Shown piece by piece: positions 38,103-45,611 of a stretch of DNA of 45,611 nucleotides. Numbering within the stretch: the stretch's first letter is position 1; the number at the start of each line of letters is the position of its first letter. The notes under the pieces are model-generated. The model saw nothing but the letters and a program-made list of their open reading frames with translations, had not been told where the DNA came from and ran no database searches. The stretch spans positions 1 to 45,611 of the IMG/VR virus record IMGVR_UViG_3300027975_000006. One strand, written 5' to 3'. The DNA comes from a virus (taxonomy: Duplodnaviria > Caudoviricetes). Both the position numbers and the translations under genes were made by a program.

Positions 38103-38555
38103 CTAGAAGGGGGGCTCGTCGGGGAACTGGCTGCCCTGACTGGCCCACGGATCAGTCTTGGGCTGCTGACGCTGCCCGCCCTGCTGGCTCTTGTCGGTGC
38201 GGGTGACCTTGGCCGACGCCCACTTGAGCGAGGGGCCGACCTCCTCCACGTCGCACTCCACGGATGTGCCCTTGCCCTTGTCCGTCTCGTACTGGCGGAC
38301 CTTGAGGGTGCCGGTGACGACGACCCGGTTGCCCTTGGCCAGCGACTCGGCCACGTTCTCGGCCATCTCCCGCCACACGGAGCAGCGGATGAAGGTGGTG
38401 TCGCCCTCGGCCCACTCGTTCTTCGTCTTGTCGAAGAACCGCGCGGTGGAGGCGACGGTGAAGTTGGCCACGGCTTGCCCACTGGGGGTGAACCGCAACT
38501 CGGGGTCGGCGGTGAGGTTGCCGATGATGGTGATGGCAGGTGCGCCTGTCGCCAT
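38103..38555 (-). CDS. ssb: Single-stranded DNA-binding protein
   Basis: [38 protein letters not shown]-terminal DEPPF (actinobacterial SSB). Confidence 0.95.
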   Translation of the reverse strand: MATGAPAITIIGNLTADPELRFTPSGQAVANFTVASTARFFDKTKNEWAEGDTTFIRCSVWREMAENVAESLAKGNRVVVTGTLKVRQYETDKGKGTSVECDVEEVGPSLKWASAKVTRTDKSQQGGQRQQPKTDPWASQGSQFPDEPPF

Positions 38556-38573
38556 GGTGATCTCTCTCTCTGG

Positions 38574-38771
38574 TTAGGTGCCTTGCTGCGGGGCCGGGAC
38601 GATCCCGTGCTTGTCCCGCATGTGCTCCCGCATCTTCGTGGTGTCCACGGCGACGCGGGCTTCGACGGCTGGTTCGCCGCGAATCTTGGGGCCCTGCTTG
38701 ACGGTGACGGCGAGGGCGATCTTCGCCTTGCACTCAGGGCAGTACGTGTTCCACGCCGGGGCCTTAGCCAT
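38574..38771 (-). CDS. Small zinc-binding hypothetical protein
   Basis: CPEC...HMRDKH. Confidence 0.6.
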   Translation of the reverse strand: MAKAPAWNTYCPECKAKIALAVTVKQGPKIRGEPAVEARVAVDTTKMREHMRDKHGIVPAPQQGT

Positions 38772-38976
38772 GGGGGATGACTTCGGTGGGCATGGTGCGC
38801 CGGGCGATGTCCTTGAGCAGGCAGTCCGGCTTGCAGTAGACCATCCGCTCGTCGCCCCAGATGACCTCGATGAAGCCGTGCGCTTCGGGCTCCAGCGTCC
38901 ATGTGTCGCAGCCGTCGGCCTCGCAGGCGGACGCGTTGCGGCTGATCGGTTCGGGGTATCGCATGGTCGTCCTCAT
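38764..38976 (-). CDS. Small Cys-rich hypothetical protein
   Basis: CEADGC...CKPDC; overlaps neighbours. Confidence 0.6.
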   Translation of the reverse strand: MRTTMRYPEPISRNASACEADGCDTWTLEPEAHGFIEVIWGDERMVYCKPDCLLKDIARRTMPTEVIPHG

Positions 38977-39077
38977 CGTCGTGTCCTTCGGGTGGTCTTG
39001 GTGGCTGCCACGGCGGCGACGATTGCAGCGATCACTGCTGCTGCGTTCCCACCGGTGGGAACTGGCTCCTCGCTCAC
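38973..39077 (-). CDS. Very small hypothetical protein (34 aa, not in ORF track)
   Basis: MSEEPVPTGGNAAAVIAAIVAAVAATKTTRRTRR; GTGA and ATGA overlaps at both ends. Confidence 0.4.
   Translation of the reverse strand: MSEEPVPTGGNAAAVIAAIVAAVAATKTTRRTRR
39046..39061. repeat. Palindromic site 8 (TTCCCACCGGTGGGAA, 2-bp centre)
   Basis: Perfect 18-bp palindrome 39045-39062. Confidence 0.8.
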
Positions 39078-39184
39078 TTGCGTCTCCGTTCCAGTGCGTT
39101 CGCGGCCCAGAACATCAGGACCCCGGTGATGCCCCAGCCGAGGACGATGCCGATGATGGCGGCGATGAACTTGAGGACTTCCAT
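39074..39184 (-). CDS. Small membrane protein (36 aa)
   Basis: MEVLKFIAAIIGIVLGWG..., single TM helix with basic tail. Confidence 0.5.
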   Translation of the reverse strand: MEVLKFIAAIIGIVLGWGITGVLMFWAANALERRRK

Positions 39185-39185
39185 G

Positions 39186-39377
39186 TCAGCGCACCCTGAT
39201 GACGCAGGCGCACTGCGTGGACGGCTTGCGCGGGTCCGGGTTGGACCACACGGTGCAGTAGGCGGTCTTGTTCTTCCCACCGTTGTCGTTGTGGCTGTTC
39301 AGCGGGTGGTCGCAGTCTGTGCACAGGGGCAGTGGGGTTGGGATGGGTGCCCCGCAGCACTCGCACCGCCCGCTCAT
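39186..39377 (-). CDS. Small Cys-rich protein
   Basis: CECC, CTDCDH, CAC; ATGA overlap. Confidence 0.55.
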   Translation of the reverse strand: MSGRCECCGAPIPTPLPLCTDCDHPLNSHNDNGGKNKTAYCTVWSNPDPRKPSTQCACVIRVR

Positions 39378-39697
39378 GCGAGCGCCCGCTGGAGCCCTCG
39401 GAGGCGCCGGGACTGCGTGTTGCCGTGGTCAGGGCAGCGGGTGTGGCCCGAGATGCACCGGAGGTGCTGCTTGAGCCCTCCCTTGACGAACCTTCCGCCG
39501 CAGGTTGAGCACTCCTCCGGGTGACCGAGGAGGCATGATGCCTGCCAACCGGAGGGACGCATCGACGTTGAGGTGTAGCCCATCGTCCCGCAGGCGAGGC
39601 ACATCACCTTGCGGCTGTTCTCGACTGGGGTGAACTGCATCTGCCATCCGATCGGCGGGTTGGCGATGACGGCGGCTTTTTGGTGGCGTCCGGCCAT
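39374..39697 (-). CDS. Zinc-finger-like hypothetical protein
   Basis: CLAC, CSTC...HLRC; TGATG coupling. Confidence 0.55.
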   Translation of the reverse strand: MAGRHQKAAVIANPPIGWQMQFTPVENSRKVMCLACGTMGYTSTSMRPSGWQASCLLGHPEECSTCGGRFVKGGLKQHLRCISGHTRCPDHGNTQSRRLRGLQRALA

Positions 39698-39927
39698 CAC
39701 TCGGGCACCTCGCTCACGTTCACCTCGATGCTGTCGATCCCGTACGCGAGCAGGGCGTTGACGGTGGCGAGCAGGTTGTGTGCCGTGGTGACGGTCAGCG
39801 CGATCATCGAGTCCGTCCGGTCGTGGTGCCGGTCGTGGACGGCTGTGTCGCCGACGATCGCCCCGCAGTCGCCGCACATCGGCAGCGCACGCCCGGTCTG
39901 CGCGTACTGGTAGCGGTTGGTGCTCAC
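39697..39927 (-). CDS. Hypothetical protein with C2H2-like motif
   Basis: CGDCGAIV....HDRHH; GTGA overlap. Confidence 0.55.
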   Translation of the reverse strand: MSTNRYQYAQTGRALPMCGDCGAIVGDTAVHDRHHDRTDSMIALTVTTAHNLLATVNALLAYGIDSIEVNVSEVPE

Positions 39928-40088
39928 AGGTCCACCAACCGATCGGTCACAGTGATGGCCACGAGCAGGACCATGGACCACACGGCCAGCGTGGTCCCGG
40001 CCCGGCTGCGCTGGGAGTCCTCACTGCCGAGGGCCATGAGGAAGGCGAACCCGTAGGACACGGCGAGGAACATGATGAGCGCGGTCAC
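39924..40088 (-). CDS. Small membrane protein
   Basis: Two hydrophobic segments; GTGA overlap. Confidence 0.5.
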   Translation of the reverse strand: MTALIMFLAVSYGFAFLMALGSEDSQRSRAGTTLAVWSMVLLVAITVTDRLVDL

Positions 40089-40315
40089 TGCTCTCCCTCC
40101 ACCCGCACGTCGGGGGCGTCGCAGGACAGGTCCACCCGCTCCATGAGCATCATCACCGCGTCGTACGGGATGACCTTGGCGGTCGCAACGACGCGCAGTT
40201 CGTGGTTCTCCTGCTGGTACAGGTAGCCCTGCTCGTCCTGCGGGACCTTGCGGGTGTGCACTCCCTGACAGGCCGCGCACTTCCACCGCAGGTAGTAGGC
40301 GTTGAGGTACTGCAT
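40085..40315 (-). CDS. Hypothetical protein
   Basis: MQYLNAYYLRWKCAAC...; coupled starts/stops. Confidence 0.55.
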   Translation of the reverse strand: MQYLNAYYLRWKCAACQGVHTRKVPQDEQGYLYQQENHELRVVATAKVIPYDAVMMLMERVDLSCDAPDVRVEGEQ

Positions 40316-40566
40316 CACTGGACCCCCATCCGGCGCAGCGCCTCGGCTGTCACGTCGGGCAGCCAGTAGATGATGCTCTTGCCGACCTTCCCGATCGGCT
40401 GCGGCTCGTACCCCTGCCGACCGCGCCACGACAGGGTGCTCTTGGTGATGCCGAGCAGGGCGGCGGCGTCCACCTGCGTGACGAGCATCCCGGTGTCGAG
40501 CATCTGGATGGCTTCGTTGCGCCGGGCTCGCTCGTAGATGGCGTCCTTGCCAGCGTCGAGTGTCAT
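40315..40566 (-). CDS. HTH DNA-binding protein (excisionase/AlpA-like)
   Basis: LVTQVDAAALLGITKSTLSW...PQPIGKVGKSIIYW. Confidence 0.7.
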   Translation of the reverse strand: MTLDAGKDAIYERARRNEAIQMLDTGMLVTQVDAAALLGITKSTLSWRGRQGYEPQPIGKVGKSIIYWLPDVTAEALRRMGVQ

Positions 40567-40763
40567 GGCCTCACCTCCGGCGGCGTGGGCTGGACCCCGT
40601 GGGTGAGCCGCCAGTCCACGCGCTTGAGCACGTCACCGATGGACTCCGGGCCGATCACCTCAAGGACGACGCTGACGGTGTAGGCGCTGGCGATGGCCAT
40701 GCCGTTGGGGGTGGTTACCACCTGCCGTGGGGTGGCTTCGATGTGCTCCACGTTGACGATCAC
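40563..40763 (-). CDS. Hypothetical protein
   Basis: GAGGAGG RBS, GTGA overlap. Confidence 0.55.
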   Translation of the reverse strand: MIVNVEHIEATPRQVVTTPNGMAIASAYTVSVVLEVIGPESIGDVLKRVDWRLTHGVQPTPPEVRP

Positions 40764-40990
40764 GGCTTCCTCCTCAACTTCTTCGGGCCCACGTCGTGCA
40801 CGGTGGACAGGTTCAGGCTGCCGATGCAGCCCTTGGTCCGGCAGGTGCGAATGTGCTTGGACACGACACGCCGCACGTCGCACACCTCGCAGTAGTGCAG
40901 GCGACGCCCCAGCGGGTCAGCCACCCACTTGCATTCCTCGGCGATGTGGGCGCCCCACTTCTCGCAGACGGTGCACCAGCCGTGTGTCAT
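40760..40990 (-). CDS. Cys-rich zinc-binding protein
   Basis: CTVC...H...C, CEVC...CRTKGC. Confidence 0.55.
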   Translation of the reverse strand: MTHGWCTVCEKWGAHIAEECKWVADPLGRRLHYCEVCDVRRVVSKHIRTCRTKGCIGSLNLSTVHDVGPKKLRRKP

Positions 40991-41412
40991 GGCTGCCTCG
41001 TCACGTCGTCGGGCAGCAGGTACACCGGCTTGCGCCGGAGGTCGAACGCGACGAGGTAGGCGGTGAAGTACAGGTCGGGGAAGAACTGGATCGGCTCCTC
41101 GTAGTTCCACTCGATGACCCCGTTGGACAGGGTGCGGACGCCGACGATGAGCCCGTGGCGCACGTCGCCGCGCTTGCCCCACTCCGTCTTGCCCCACTCC
41201 TTGCGAACGGGCACGTTGGCGAACGCTGCGCCGCGCACTTCCTTGCGGCGCAGGATGTCGCTGTAGTCGAAGTGAACCCGCTCCCCGAGCCTGACCCCGG
41301 CTGGGATCGGCGGTGTCAGGTCGGGCATCGGCGGGGCGTCCTTGCCGGTCATGGCGAGGTATGCGTCGTTGCGCATGGTCATCACCGTGTCCCGCACCTC
41401 CTCGGGCCTCAC
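40987..41412 (-). CDS. Hypothetical protein (141 aa)
   Basis: Overlapping start/stop with both neighbours; GLIVGVRTLSNG. Confidence 0.65.
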   Translation of the reverse strand: MRPEEVRDTVMTMRNDAYLAMTGKDAPPMPDLTPPIPAGVRLGERVHFDYSDILRRKEVRGAAFANVPVRKEWGKTEWGKRGDVRHGLIVGVRTLSNGVIEWNYEEPIQFFPDLYFTAYLVAFDLRRKPVYLLPDDVTRQP

Positions 41413-41786
41413 GGCGCATCACCGAGTGCGGCGAGGACATCGGCTCGACGGATCAACTCGTCGTCATCCTTGTCGTAGTCGATCAGCGGCAACGCCTTCA
41501 CCTGTGCCCGCAGCCGCTCGCGCTCGGCGCGGCGGACGTCGAGCGTGATCTCATCCTCGATGCCGACCGCGGATCGCTTCTGCTCGTCGGCGCGGATGAT
41601 CGGCTCACGGCTGGCAACCTCCGCTTCCAGCACAGACATGAGCCGGGCCGACGCGCCGCGCACGTAGGTCACGGCCTGCGTGCTGTCGAACACGCCGTCC
41701 GGGCGGGGCTCCCAGCAGAGCGACACGGCACCGGCGCACTCGCCGACCACCCGGTCGATCTCCTGCCGCAGTTCCTCGGTGCTCAC
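41409..41786 (-). CDS. Hypothetical protein
   Basis: GAVSLCWEPRPDGVFDSTQA, LIRRADVLAAL; GTGA overlaps. Confidence 0.6.
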   Translation of the reverse strand: MSTEELRQEIDRVVGECAGAVSLCWEPRPDGVFDSTQAVTYVRGASARLMSVLEAEVASREPIIRADEQKRSAVGIEDEITLDVRRAERERLRAQVKALPLIDYDKDDDELIRRADVLAALGDAP

Positions 41787-42487
41787 GGGATCACCTGACC
41801 CTTGGCCACCGCGTCCAGCGCGCACCGGGGGTGCTTCATCCAGCACGTCGTGGTGTGCGCCTCGACCGGCCCGCGTCCCTTCATCTGCTCGCGCATGTTC
41901 GTGATGAGGTTCATGGTGCGCTGCGCCTGCTGCTTGCGGCCAGCGAGGACACCCTCATGCTTGGCCTCCAAGATCGCCCCGGGCCGCTTGCTGGCAGCCG
42001 CGATGCCCTGCTCGTAGCCGCGCCGGAACCCGGCCATGTCGCCCGTCTCGTACGCCTCGGTCGTCAGCCCGGCGAGGACGGTGTCAGCGTCCCGCACACG
42101 GGCCTCCAAATCGGCGCTCTGCGGGCTCGGGTAGGCGGACTGGCCCTGAGTGCCAACCTTCCCCGAACCGACGTACGTGCGCTGCCACACGACCAGTTCT
42201 GCCCCGTGTGAGGAGACACGCTTCGACTTCACGCGGCTGCCGGTGTTGGCGATGGTGCCGGTCTTGGCCAGACCGTTCATCAAGGCGCCCACGGAGTTGT
42301 TCTTGTTCATCTCCGTTTCGCGGGTCGGTAGGCCGATCGCCTCGGTCACGTCCTCGCTGGTGAACAGCCAGCCGTCGGGCATGTCCTCGACGTGCTTGCG
42401 GAACCAGTCTTGGTAGCCCTCGTGCTTGCTCAGGGCGATGGCCATGCCTTCCTCCTTGGCCACGAGGGACATCTGCTGCTCGCTCAT
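41783..42487 (-). CDS. Hypothetical protein, possible winged-helix N-terminal domain (234 aa)
   Basis: FTSEDV...NSVGALM...SH....VW pattern; ATGA overlap. Confidence 0.55.
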   Translation of the reverse strand: MSEQQMSLVAKEEGMAIALSKHEGYQDWFRKHVEDMPDGWLFTSEDVTEAIGLPTRETEMNKNNSVGALMNGLAKTGTIANTGSRVKSKRVSSHGAELVVWQRTYVGSGKVGTQGQSAYPSPQSADLEARVRDADTVLAGLTTEAYETGDMAGFRRGYEQGIAAASKRPGAILEAKHEGVLAGRKQQAQRTMNLITNMREQMKGRGPVEAHTTTCWMKHPRCALDAVAKGQVIP

Positions 42488-42756
42488 CGCTCTGCCTCGT
42501 GATCTTCCTGACGCAGCCTGCTGGCGTACGCGCTGGCGTCGGCGCTGTTGCGCAGCATGGCCACGATCCTGTCCGGCACGATCAACACGGGAGCCGTGTA
42601 CGTCACCGGTGTCCCGAGGGTCATCTGGCTGACGAGCACGCCGTTGGCCCACACCTCGTGGACGGCGACTACGGAGTAGGTGCTGGTCCCGGTGGGTGCG
42701 CCGATGAGGCTGCCCCGGATGACGGCGTACCGGGCACTGCTGTGGGGGGCGGTCAT
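42484..42756 (-). CDS. Hypothetical protein
   Basis: ATGA overlaps at both ends. Confidence 0.55.
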   Translation of the reverse strand: MTAPHSSARYAVIRGSLIGAPTGTSTYSVVAVHEVWANGVLVSQMTLGTPVTYTAPVLIVPDRIVAMLRNSADASAYASRLRQEDHEAER

Positions 42757-42965
42757 GCTGCCACTGCCTTCCTCTGGAGCCACTTGCGCAGCGCCTCACG
42801 GAAGTTCCGCGACTCGCTGTCGTCGTGGCGGGTGTAGAAGTGGGAGAGGAGGCCACGGCGGACCGCGACCTCCTCGTACCCCAACTCCCGATGGTCACAG
42901 AGCGGGCAGATGCCCAGCACTGTGACGCTGCTGACGTCGATGAGCGTGCTTCTGGCGGAAGGCAT
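42753..42965 (-). CDS. C2H2-like zinc-binding protein
   Basis: CPLC...HFYTRH. Confidence 0.55.
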   Translation of the reverse strand: MPSARSTLIDVSSVTVLGICPLCDHRELGYEEVAVRRGLLSHFYTRHDDSESRNFREALRKWLQRKAVAA

Positions 42966-42969
42966 CGTC

Positions 42970-43179
42970 TCAGTCCTCGGCGATGGCCAACTGCGACTGG
43001 CGCTGGGTGGCGAGGGCGACGAACACCTCACGGTCGAACGTGGCCGACTTCGGGGTGTTCTCCTCGCACACGTCAGCGATCCGGTTGGTGATGGCGAGGA
43101 TCTGGCCCTCGTCCATCATCGACTCGGCTCCGGCCTGCTGGATGGCCTTGGCCAGTGCGCGGTGGGTGCGGCGGTACAT
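42970..43179 (-). CDS. Small helical protein
   Basis: AAGGAG RBS; MYRRTHRALAKAI...FDREVF pattern seen in small phage early proteins. Confidence 0.6.
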   Translation of the reverse strand: MYRRTHRALAKAIQQAGAESMMDEGQILAITNRIADVCEENTPKSATFDREVFVALATQRQSQLAIAED

Positions 43180-43205
43180 GTGGTGCTCCTTCTCGGTTGG
43201 TCCGA

Positions 43206-43220
43206 ATCCCACGGTGGGAA
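43206..43220. repeat. Palindromic site 9 (ATCCCACGGTGGGAA)
   Basis: 14/15 match, intergenic between the ERF stop and the next RBS. Confidence 0.8.
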
Positions 43221-43225
43221 GCGGG

Positions 43226-44005
43226 TTACTGCTGGGCCGCTGCCTGCTGGCGACGGAGGTACTGATCGACCTGCTGCACGAACGGCACGAGGGTGTTGGT
43301 CGGCAGGGCGCGGAAGGCGTCCATGTCGATGCCGCCCTGACGCTCGCGGAACTGGGCGGTGACCTCCTCGATCGGCTTGCCGATCTGGTCGCAGAGCATC
43401 TGGAGGTGGGCCAGTGCGTCCTCGGAGGTGAGGGCCTGCTGCTGCTGCGGGGCCCGGTCGTAGGACTCGCGGTCGGACTCCTCCATGGCACCCTCGATCG
43501 GGATGGAGAACGTCTGGAACGCGAGGTACTTGTAGGCCATCGACATCATCTTCGACGCGGCCTTGTCGCTGGTGTCCTGCGCCTCGGCGACGACGGCGGC
43601 GTCCACGTAGTCACCGGCGGGGCCGATGATCCGGTAGCGCACGAGGCCCATGAGGTGCTGCTGGGCGGTGCCGGACTTGGTGGTGCCGACGGTCTGGTCC
43701 AGCACCTCGAACCCGGTGGGCACGATGCTGACGCCGTGGGTGACCAGCGGCTCGTGGATGGCGTTGAGCACGTCGTCCACGCCTCGGAAGTTGAACTTGG
43801 CTGGGCCTGCCTGAACCTTCTGGTTCTTGGCGATGGCGCCGATGTCGGCGGCGACCCGGGCGATGGCGACGTGCACGTTGGGCAGCACGTCGGAGTGCAT
43901 CTTGGGCGGGGTGTAGGCGGACGCGACCTCGGCGGCGTCGGCCTCGTTGGGCACCTCAGTCTCAGCCTCGGCTGGCTTGGTGCTTGTGCGGCGTGGTGCG
44001 GTCAC
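43226..44005 (-). CDS. erf: ERF-family single-strand annealing protein
   Basis: FNFRGVDDVLNAIH, EAQDTSDKAASKMMSMAYKY...FSIP motifs; AAAGGAG RBS before GTG 44005. Confidence 0.85.
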   Translation of the reverse strand: MTAPRRTSTKPAEAETEVPNEADAAEVASAYTPPKMHSDVLPNVHVAIARVAADIGAIAKNQKVQAGPAKFNFRGVDDVLNAIHEPLVTHGVSIVPTGFEVLDQTVGTTKSGTAQQHLMGLVRYRIIGPAGDYVDAAVVAEAQDTSDKAASKMMSMAYKYLAFQTFSIPIEGAMEESDRESYDRAPQQQQALTSEDALAHLQMLCDQIGKPIEEVTAQFRERQGGIDMDAFRALPTNTLVPFVQQVDQYLRRQQAAAQQ

Positions 44006-44051
44006 TTCGGTTCTCCTTTGTGTTCGTGGCGGACTTGTTTGTGCTACGCAC

Positions 44052-44060
44052 ATTCTATCA
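44052..44060 (-). promoter_or_regulatory. Extended -10 promoter (TGaTAGAAT) for the leftward ERF-to-SSB operon
   Basis: Reverse complement of ATTCTATCA; near-consensus sigma-A extended -10. Confidence 0.7.
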
Positions 44061-44073
44061 TTCGGGCGCAGTT

Positions 44074-44088
44074 ATCCCACGGTGGGGC
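44074..44088. repeat. Palindromic site 10 (ATCCCACGGTGGGGC, degenerate)
   Basis: Core CCCACGGTGGG intact; overlaps the predicted -35 position. Confidence 0.7.
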
Positions 44089-44096
44089 ACCCGTGT

Positions 44097-44111
44097 TTCC
44101 CACCGTGGGAA
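44097..44111. repeat. Palindromic site 11 (TTCCCACCGTGGGAA)
   Basis: Exact motif, 23 bp centre-to-centre from site 10. Confidence 0.85.
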
Positions 44112-44117
44112 GGACTG

Positions 44118-45347
44118 CTAGACGGCGCGGATTCCTCCGGTCGCATACGCAACGGCTGCGGCTTCGGCGCGGGACCACGGCAGATCGCCGCCGCCTTCCA
44201 AGAACTCCGGGTACTGGCGCCCCTGCACACGGACACCGCGCCACGGCGCCAACTCGGCCAGCCACGAGCCGTTCGTCGTCTCCACCGGCTTGAGGTAGAA
44301 GCCGAACTCCGGCCACGCCAGCCACTCCGACGAGCCCTGCGGCCTGCCGTCGTTGCGCTTGTTCTCCGGCCCGTGACCCGGATGCGCCTCCAGCATCACC
44401 GCGCACCCGGTCGAGTCCTTCACCCGGTCCATCGTGGACCGCACGGCGGCAGCCTCAGCGCGCCAGTCCCCGGTCGAGACGATCAACTTGTAGACCGACC
44501 CGGCCAGCAGCAGGTCCGGCTTGAACATCTGGGCCTGCTCCCACAGGTACCGCTGGTCGGCGGGGCTCATCAGGTTCAGCGACCGGGCCTTGAGCAGGAG
44601 CAGGTCCGGCTTCACCCCGGGTGCGATCCGGCGCATCGCCGCAGACAGCATCGCCACATGGCGGCGCACCTGCGTCTCGTGCCGGTTCTCCACGTCCAGC
44701 ACCATCACCCGCTTCGGGCGGTGGTGAACGAACTCGCCGGACTCCACGTCGCGCAGCGGGCTGATCCCGTAGGCGGCAGCCATCGCGCACTGGTACATGA
44801 ACATCGACTTGCCGCCGCCCTCGTTGCCGGTGACGACCAGCCGCTCCCGGTGGGCCAGCAGGCCGGGGAGCACCATGTCCTCGTCGTCATCGACGTGGAA
44901 CCGGAGGATGTCGTCCACGGTCCAGCCGTCGAGGTTGGTGCGCCGCTCCCCGAGGATCGGCAGCGCGTCGAGGGAGTCGCGCAGTTCCTCCACGATCAGG
45001 CCCGGGTCCGAGCCGATGTCGTGGCGCTGCTTGGCCCGGGTCAACGCCTGCACAAGACGCTCCCGGGCGGACGTGACCGTGAACGCCTCCACGGCCTCGT
45101 CGTCGCTGACTGCCCCGTGCCACCAGCGCATGTAGTCAGGGCTCACCCCGACCCGGTTGCACTCCAGCGCGTAGTCGGGCAGGTCGATGCGCCCGGTGGC
45201 CTGCCGCACCGTCTCCATGGCGTACGCCCACTCCCGGTACGGGGAGTCGAGGTCGTCCGGGTGGATGGTGCCGAAGATGGTGCAGCCGTTGGCCAGTGCC
45301 GCTGACAGGACGAGCGCCTGTGCGTCGTTCAGCGAGAGGTCAGCCAT
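44118..45347 (-). CDS. RecA/DnaB-like ATPase, probable replicative helicase
   Basis: Walker A GNEGGGKS, LDVEN, LEAH, RPQGSSEWLAWPEFG. Confidence 0.8.
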   Translation of the reverse strand: MADLSLNDAQALVLSAALANGCTIFGTIHPDDLDSPYREWAYAMETVRQATGRIDLPDYALECNRVGVSPDYMRWWHGAVSDDEAVEAFTVTSARERLVQALTRAKQRHDIGSDPGLIVEELRDSLDALPILGERRTNLDGWTVDDILRFHVDDDEDMVLPGLLAHRERLVVTGNEGGGKSMFMYQCAMAAAYGISPLRDVESGEFVHHRPKRVMVLDVENRHETQVRRHVAMLSAAMRRIAPGVKPDLLLLKARSLNLMSPADQRYLWEQAQMFKPDLLLAGSVYKLIVSTGDWRAEAAAVRSTMDRVKDSTGCAVMLEAHPGHGPENKRNDGRPQGSSEWLAWPEFGFYLKPVETTNGSWLAELAPWRGVRVQGRQYPEFLEGGGDLPWSRAEAAAVAYATGGIRAV

Positions 45348-45555
45348 GGTGGGCCTGCCCCTCGGTGATCGCCCGATCGACCTTGTGTGCCCACGCACCG
45401 GGCACACGGCCCTGCTGCCAGCACTCGGAGCAGTACCCCCACGTCGTCATCGCGTCGAGGTCGCACATCGACAACTCGGCCATCGACCGGCGCTGTGCGT
45501 TCGGGCAGATGTTGCTTGAGATGGCCCGCAGTTGCGGAGCCCGTTCCTTCGTCAT
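45340..45555 (-). CDS. Small Cys-containing hypothetical protein
   Basis: AAGGGG RBS, CSEC motif, overlaps the helicase start. Confidence 0.5.
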   Translation of the reverse strand: MTKERAPQLRAISSNICPNAQRRSMAELSMCDLDAMTTWGYCSECWQQGRVPGAWAHKVDRAITEGQAHHG

Positions 45556-45611
45556 GCTCGTTCCCCTTCCAGTGGGATTCAGATGGACCACTTGTTCGGC
45601 TTCGGTTGCCA

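Noticed and set aside
36065-38902. 945-aa minus-strand Arg/Pro-rich ORF
   Set aside because: Overlaps SSB in another frame and is antisense to FN3 and minor structural genes; low-complexity, no domain signal
40315-40566. Excisionase implying a temperate lifestyle
   Set aside because: No integrase, att site or CI-like repressor in the window; this HTH family is also common in lytic phages, so lifestyle is undetermined
1508-45579. Isolated half-sites (GTGGGAA near 1508, 18861, 28292; TTCCCAC near 39274; GTGGGAT near 45572)
   Set aside because: Single 7-mers can occur by chance; not counted among the 11 sites
1-45611. Complete genome with terminal repeats or circular overlap
   Set aside because: The two ends share no visible sequence and the replication module appears cut at the right edge

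Overview
A partial genome of a high-GC tailed actinobacteriophage (siphovirus); no integrase, DNA polymerase or terminal repeat is visible in the window. The + strand (58-37960) carries RHH/ParB-like/terminase genes, portal, a MuF-like + 2H-phosphoesterase + protease polyprotein, probable hexamer and pentamer capsid genes (Rosebush/cluster B-like layout), tail genes, a ~15 kb fibre region, a lysis cassette and a second small fibre module. The - strand (38103-45555) carries SSB, many small Cys/His-rich genes, an ERF recombinase and a RecA/DnaB-like ATPase. Main signals: (1) ten collagen-like genes, six of them in two triplets with matched helix lengths (24/23/24 and 30/30/30 Gly-X-Y) and three head types shared between the triplets, suggesting two heterotrimeric collagen-lectin fibres; (2) a fibre motif split into 'socket' and 'plug' halves across genes, suggesting a branched fibre; (3) a GT2-TPR glycosyltransferase and a SAM methyltransferase between the triplets; (4) 11 copies of the palindrome TTCCCAC-N(1-2)-GTGGGAA, two of them over predicted -35 positions; (5) a 2H phosphoesterase inside the head-maturation polyprotein. 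All functional calls come from motifs and synteny read by eye; no database searches were run.
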